A stretch of 63,688 bases of DNA, filler included, from Basidiobolus meristosporus CBS 931.73 (Eukaryota; Fungi; Basidiobolomycota), in NCBI GenBank assembly GCA_002104905.1. It is 3 parts of 3 records of this genome, joined end to end, with 100 filler letters (N's around TTAATTAATTAA, not from the genome) between each part and the next. Parts side by side here need not be neighbours in the genome. Positions count along the whole stretch, not along the records: positions 56,605 to 63,688 come from MCFE01001358.1; 2 more parts are not named here. The stretch is one strand, 5' to 3'. Made by a program: the position numbers and the translations under genes. The notes under the pieces were generated by a model. That model had not been told where the DNA came from. It made no database searches and worked only from the letters and a program-made list of their open reading frames with translations. Numbering within the stretch: position 1 is the stretch's first letter; each line of letters begins with the position of its first letter. This document shows, piece after piece, positions 57,594 through 63,688 of this stretch.

Positions 57594-59366
57594 ATGCACT
57601 TGAACTACCCTCTACATCGACTTGTTTTTCAAAACGACTTCGCCGGGCTGGAAACCGCCTTGGGCGGCTCTTTGTACAACCAAATCAATGAGAGAGACCA
57701 TCATGGGAACACCCCGCTCCAACTATCCCTTTTGCTGGAGCATCTTGAGGTTGCCCATCTGTTGCTTGACCGTGGAGCAGACTGTATAGGCCGTAAGAGG
57801 GACCACAATGGAGTCCCTACGTGGAGCCCTCTCGAGGATGCCACCGCACTCCAGAACCGGGACCTGATCCGAAAGATCCTGCTCAAATCGGTGGAACAGC
57901 AGGCTCGAGATTGGTGTGCATCACCCATCAGTCTACTCACAGCGAAAGCCCATCAGCCCTCGGCCAATGAGAATCCAGTGAGCACGAACTCCCCTCCTGA
58001 GGGAGGGCCACTGGCGAAATTGAATCAAAGGTTGGGGGAGACGCTGGACATCACGTTGCATTGGAAGTTCACCAGTCGGCTATCGAACCTGTTGGCGAGA
58101 CATACGTTACCCAGAGATGCGATAAGAGTCCGGAAAAAAGGCTGCTACTTCAGGGTGGATTTCGGGGAGCCCACATTGCTCCTGGGCGGAAGAGTCCAAT
58201 CGCCAGACCAAACAGCGGCCGACGTCATTCAGAAGCGTAGACAAGCGTTGAAGAAATCCAACCAGAGTCGGTTCAGTTTGATTGTTCGAGCCGACGATCC
58301 GAATAGCGCGCAGGCATTCCCTCTACCCCCCACCGTCATCATAGTGGATCATGAGCGCGAGCTCACCCAAGAGGTTTACCCCTCTCTAACCGGCCCATTG
58401 ATCGATAACTTTGTCGGCAATACGATGCGTTCGCCGATGGTGAAATGGTGGTTGCCCTTACAAAACGTCACCATCAAGCCTTGTGAGCCCAGGAAGAAGC
58501 TTTCGCTGCTGAAAAAGAAGACCGGTCATAAGATATACAAGATCAAGAACGTCTCCATCTCCATTCTAGCCCGCGAGTTGGTCGATAACATGTGGACCAG
58601 TCCCAACGGCCGTACCGTTAGTGTTTCCTCAAGTGTGCTGATCAATAAGCTTCGCTCACTGGGATTCAACGGGTTGGACACCTTGCTCTCCCAAGAAAAA
58701 ACCGATGTTGCTGATGGGCCCAAAAATGGGACGCAAGGATCCATGGACTCGGACTCAGAGGTTGATTCGGACTCGGAGGACGACCTGGACTCGAATGGGA
58801 AATCCTCGGGGACCGGGCCCAAGTTTTTGAAACGTCAGGATAGATCGGATACTGCAAGCAAGCGACAGTCCTTAGCGTGGGACGAAGTGAGCATAGAGCA
58901 GTTTGGGAACGTGTACCGCAGTGAGCAGGATGCCATTCCCGTGGTGGTGGCGGAGGACCTCGACCATTACTTCAACGAGAATAACACCGGGGCCATCACC
59001 TTTTCCAAGGCGAAGGTCAGCACGCAGCTGTTCAAATTCGAGTGCAAGCAATCGATCAAAGTATGCTGGGCCCAGCCTCGCGGCCTCGACAAATCCGACG
59101 GGTTCCCCATCTCTCTGAGCCAGATCTCCCCAGTACTGGAGCAGCTACTTGGTGGCGGGATCTTGGATTGGTCAGGATTTGTCAGATTATGTAACATCGC
59201 ACATAAAGATGGAGAGACCCCAGCTGGGTTCCCGGTCAAGATAGATTTCCCTTTACATCCAGTACTGGGTGTGAGGATAAGCACGAAGGAGTGCGAAGTT
59301 GGCTCCGATATTTCAGAAGACATCTTTTGGCTCAAAGAGTACACGCCAGGGATAATTCTCAAGTGA
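57594..59366 (+). CDS. Ankyrin-repeat protein, ANKRD13-like
   Basis: YPLHRLVFQND, DHHGNTPLQL..LLLDRGA, WSPLEDA; C-terminal GFPVKIDFP as recalled for the ANKRD13 family. Confidence 0.75.
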   Translation: MHLNYPLHRLVFQNDFAGLETALGGSLYNQINERDHHGNTPLQLSLLLEHLEVAHLLLDRGADCIGRKRDHNGVPTWSPLEDATALQNRDLIRKILLKSVEQQARDWCASPISLLTAKAHQPSANENPVSTNSPPEGGPLAKLNQRLGETLDITLHWKFTSRLSNLLARHTLPRDAIRVRKKGCYFRVDFGEPTLLLGGRVQSPDQTAADVIQKRRQALKKSNQSRFSLIVRADDPNSAQAFPLPPTVIIVDHERELTQEVYPSLTGPLIDNFVGNTMRSPMVKWWLPLQNVTIKPCEPRKKLSLLKKKTGHKIYKIKNVSISILARELVDNMWTSPNGRTVSVSSSVLINKLRSLGFNGLDTLLSQEKTDVADGPKNGTQGSMDSDSEVDSDSEDDLDSNGKSSGTGPKFLKRQDRSDTASKRQSLAWDEVSIEQFGNVYRSEQDAIPVVVAEDLDHYFNENNTGAITFSKAKVSTQLFKFECKQSIKVCWAQPRGLDKSDGFPISLSQISPVLEQLLGGGILDWSGFVRLCNIAHKDGETPAGFPVKIDFPLHPVLGVRISTKECEVGSDISEDIFWLKEYTPGIILK

Positions 59367-60273
59367 ATTTCCCCAGCGCCCTCCAACCCAGATCCCTCTC
59401 TATAATCCCCTTCGATGCATCCCTCTTTGCCCTTCGATTAACATTAAACATATAATCCATTATATTCTTGAATATCCCATGGCCTCTGGTAGATGTAGAT
59501 CTATGCATCATCAACTCTAGCCTGATCCGAGATCTTGGGGAGATTGCCGGCGAATTCCAGGGAACATATATTAACCGAATGTGGCAACTCTTGGGTGACA
59601 TGATGTATCGGGATGAGCGGAAAAGATTGCTGGCAGACGTTTTAGATCAATCAAATCATAATCACCAGATGGCCAGTTAGGTCACTGTTTCCCCTTTCCA
59701 ATGTAGTCTAAGTACTTATCATATTTACACCATTGGGCTGAATGTTGCTCGTGGATAAAGCTGATGGTCAATTGCTGAATACTGGACTGAATATGGTAAG
59801 TAGCGTTCAAGTTTGTATATCGACAACATACTGGGTGAGCAAAAAGGGCAGTCCGTAATACTAATAGGTTGACTATTTGTTTGGGTTTTTTCAAGATATT
59901 CTCCGATTGTTCTGGTAGAGTATTAGTCACTTCAGTTATAGTCACGGATTATTTCAAGCATCGATCCAATCAACAACATGAATCGTTATAATTTCATAGC
60001 TATATATGGGTGTTCTTGTTCTATTCTGTTATCTGATCCCTCATTACTATCGAATCATTGCTCATCAGAAAATATACAATGAACACTGTGCGCCAACATC
60101 GCTTTAAACTTAGGTGTATATTGCGTGTCCCTACGCTATTCACCTAGATTACATTATCAGTACATTTTGAATATTCCATGTTGATAAGTTGGCATTTTGA
60201 ACCAGAAGGGATTTATTTCTATGTTCGTGGGTATAAATCTTTTACTCTGTCCTACAATCAGGGTACGAATCTA

Positions 60274-60719
60274 TCAATGCCAGATAAATGATACACTACT
60301 GCCGGTGTCGAAGTTTCCGTAAATTGTATTATAAAGCCCACCTTTGCAGTTGCATTCGAAGTTCCAGTTGCTTGTGTGCACAGTGCCATCACTGTTGATT
60401 CTCTCCACAACACCAACCTGCCCAGTGGCCCCACAACCCTGATACCCGGGCTGGATCACAATAATGGAGGGAACTCGTGGCTGACTGGACACTGTCCAAC
60501 CGCCAGCACTACGAGCATTGCTGGTCCAGGAGTTGTAACGATGGTCCAGTGAGCACGATGTGAGTCTGGTAATGCCATCAAGTTAACTTCCATGGTGTTC
60601 TGTTGGCTCGATTCGTAGGACGGAGCATTCGCGACTGGTGCAGGTAAAGCTACGACGGTGGACCCAGTTATGCTGATAGTACCAAGAAGAGCACAGGATA
60701 ATACTGCGATTTTGATCAT
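60274..60719 (-). pseudogene. CHAP amidase copy 1, catalytic-Cys segment deleted
   Basis: Aligns to 63100-63633 but jumps from HRYN to SWTSNA, losing GECTDW; also frameshifted. Confidence 0.85.
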
Positions 60720-61453
60720 TGATTGTGCTCCAAGATCCCGTTGATACCGGCTTATATACGAATTCCCAAGATCATCAGCATCATTCCAATCCAATCCACT
60801 TATTTCAAGGCTCAGCTAGATCCAACTGATCCGATAGCGTGCTCTTCGCCAATTTCATCCACCGCTTTTTTGGTAGTTGGCATAGAATCCAAGATGGATT
60901 GAAATTTCTTAGTTTTGTGTCCCATTGTGGAGATAATCCCATCACCTCAATTCATATTGACACCATCCAGGTTTTCAAAACATCATCGCTACTCCATGCG
61001 TGAATCGCTCACACATGAACGAATCGTGTTGAAGTCCTCTAGTTGCCCTACTCAGTGCGGACCGGAATTCAAGGATAGCATAACTTTACTTTGTCGAATC
61101 CTTCGATTAGATTCTATACCTGATAGGTCAAGTAAAGCTTTGGACCGCCAAAATCATTTGAATGCGTACCAATTTCCGATGAACTATGTGCCACTGATAA
61201 AGTAATACAAGGACGTGGAATACATATTTTGACCCTGATCTCAAAACTGCTCATCAAAATACGGATTGTAACCAATTGGATGTTTATATTACTCTCAAGA
61301 TGAGGAACTCTCGGTCAAAGCTACTAACCAGTGCTCATTAATGTGACAAGGTGCAGTTTATTGTCATACAACATACCAGGAAATGAAATTTACGAATATC
61401 ATCTCATGTCTCATCCAATTTCCAGAATCGCCTGATGTTATTTATGGCTCTAT

Positions 61454-61992
61454 CTAGCATTTCCTAACGCCAAATGAATGATACACCACTGCTGGTGTCG
61501 AAGTTACCATAGGATTCAGTGTAATTGTATTATAAAGCCCACCTTTGCAGTTGAATTCGAAGTTCCAGTTGCTTGTGTGCACAGTGCCATCACTGTTGAT
61601 TCTCTCCACAACACCAACATGCCCAGTGGCCCCACAACCCTGATACCCGGGCTGGATCACAATAATGGAGGGAACACGTGGCTAACTGGACACTGTCCAA
61701 CCGCCAGCACTACGAGCATTGCTGGTCCAGGAGCTCGCATCACTCATCCAAGTAGTGTGCCGGCAGGTGAGTTGATAGTATCGGTGCATTCACCGTTGTT
61801 ATAACGATGGACCAATGAGCATAAGGCGAGAATAGTAGTTCTATAGAGCTTGCTTCTAACTTCTGTAGTGTTCTACTGGTTGGATACTTGTGACGGAGTA
61901 TTGACGACTGGTGCTGGTAGAGTCATGGTGGTGAACTCGGTAAGACCGATGACACCAAGTACAGCCAAAGAAAACGCGGAGATTTTGAACAT
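61454..61992 (-). pseudogene. CHAP amidase copy 2
   Basis: Premature TAG after VSNQ, a 16-nt deletion after GECTD, and a small 3' insertion. Confidence 0.85.
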
Positions 61993-63099
61993 TTCTGTGT
62001 CGAAGAAGATTCGGGATCTTTGGTTTACGTAGCTTGGTTATGCATGCTACAATTCATATCCTGCTCCACTGATTCCTCGAATATACCTCAACCCAATCAA
62101 CTTGAGCAATACCACCTGGGCTACAAAGTTGGTTCTAGCCAAATTATACCAAAAGGCTCATTGGCCATTATCAATCAAAAGCTAGGGACAAACATCAGCG
62201 TCTGGGCTATCATGAATATGGCTTGTCAGAGTGCAACCCTGGTGCTTGCCAAATATTTTCAAAGTGACTCAGCTTCTCACTGTTCGTTGTATTCGCCGTT
62301 TAACTCAAAATTTGGGGAGGGTTAAGGGGACTTCAATCGACTAACTTGGCAATACATATCAGTCAGCTGCACGGCCTTTGGATAATCAGGCGGAGGGGGG
62401 GGGAGGATAAGGAATATTTGTATTTCATTTTTCCAAGCATTCCGTTTGCACCGTGGTGTTTCCCGGGCAATAAGAGATGGTTGAGGGGCCTATGGTTTAT
62501 TGGCAAAGGTTTACCCACTTTTATTAATGTTTGACTCAACAAATATACCACGTAGCAATGAGTATCGATAAGCATTTGAACAATATATACGCCTGTTGTG
62601 ACTTGTCTAACCATTCTACATATCATTTATAGAAATTTCCCGGCTTGCCAACCCCTATTGATCCTCTATTTTACAGTTATGGGAGTTCACACCAACCACG
62701 GCCGAGGCATGCTTATTATTAACAAATGAACCCATATTTCTCGCACTAGCGCTTTAGACTAGCAAATCCGGATTGGAATGAAAGATTTCTACTGGTACTT
62801 ACACCAAAATGATTCCCAATGACCTGAGCTGTTGGGATATAAAGAAGTAGACAATTCTTAGACCAGTATTGCAGGGCTTATTGGTAGATTTTTCGCAAGC
62901 CTATCTGGTCTTCGACGTCAGTCCGTTCGAAACTTGACAAAATACATTTCCGAGAGTCAGAATAATCCAGTTAATATGTCAATACGCATTTATGATTTAT
63001 TAAGGTTAAGAGGTATTTCCAATATGGAATGGTCTAGTCTGATCTATTGGTTGATTTCCAGAATCTTTGAATCTTGGTCATGCAAGCATCTGATATATA

Positions 63100-63633
63100 T
63101 TAATGCCAGATAAATGATACACCACTGCCGGTGTCGAAGTTGCCATAGGATGTAGTGTACAACCCGCCTTTCCCACTGAATTCGAAGTTCCAGTTGCTTG
63201 TGTACACACTGCCATCACTGTTGGTTCTCTCCACAACACCAACATGCCCAGTGGCCCCACAACCCTGATACCCGGGCTGGATCACAATAATGGAGGGAAC
63301 TCGTGGCTGACTGGACACTGTCCAACCACCAGCACTACGAGCATTGCTGGTCCAGGAGCTGGCATCACTCATCCAAGTAGTGTGCTGGCAGGTGAGTTGA
63401 TAGTAACGGGCATCCGCCCAATCGGTGCATTCACCGTTGTTGTAACGATGGTCCAGTGAGCACGATGCGAGGTTGATAAGTCCTTCTAGCTTAGTTCTAA
63501 CTTCTGTGGTGTTCTTTTGGTTTGATTCTTGAGACAGAATGTCCACTGATGGTGCGGGTAGAGCTGACGCGCTGAACTCTGTTAGACTGATGGTGCTCAG
63601 AAGAGCACAAGACAATGCTGCGACTTTGACCAT
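63100..63633 (-). CDS. Secreted CHAP-domain cysteine hydrolase, intact, 177 aa
   Basis: Signal peptide; GECTDWA (Cys), W..A..W...A, GHVGVVE (His), DGSVYTSNWN; no introns. Confidence 0.85.
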   Translation of the reverse strand: MVKVAALSCALLSTISLTEFSASALPAPSVDILSQESNQKNTTEVRTKLEGLINLASCSLDHRYNNGECTDWADARYYQLTCQHTTWMSDASSWTSNARSAGGWTVSSQPRVPSIIVIQPGYQGCGATGHVGVVERTNSDGSVYTSNWNFEFSGKGGLYTTSYGNFDTGSGVSFIWH

Positions 63634-63688
63634 TGTTATGTTGATTTAATTTGATGATATTGAGGAGGCTGGATTTTATATCAATTTT

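Overview
Eukaryotic DNA, most likely fungal and plausibly an early-diverging lineage (inference from TTAGGG telomeres, short GT-AG introns, a CCA-less tRNA, secreted lipases). The window is three contigs joined by artificial N/TTAATTAATTAA/N spacers (30577-30676, 56505-56604); contigs 1 and 2 each end in a (TTAGGG)n telomere. Main result: both chromosome ends carry a set of telomere-targeted retroelements, all oriented 3' end toward the centromere, all joined to TTAG(G)5-8 and all sharing one 3' module (AATAAA, an invariant 5-bp TCACC/GGTGA stem with variable loop, oligo-C). Four families: A, an autonomous ORF1/APE/RT non-LTR element whose ORF1 and ORF2 are in frame across a TGA-CTA readthrough-type stop; B, a tRNA-headed ~520-bp SINE; C and D, ORF1-only elements (HeT-A-like logic). 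Also present: a CACTA-like transposon with 1.36-kb inverted arms, Copia and Gypsy relics, strong CpG loss in repeats, a bacterial-type glycyl-tRNA synthetase, three secreted CHAP amidase copies, class-3 lipases, a Sec14/CSR1-like gene, an ANKRD13-like gene and tRNA-Leu(CAG). All alignments were done by eye; no database search was run.
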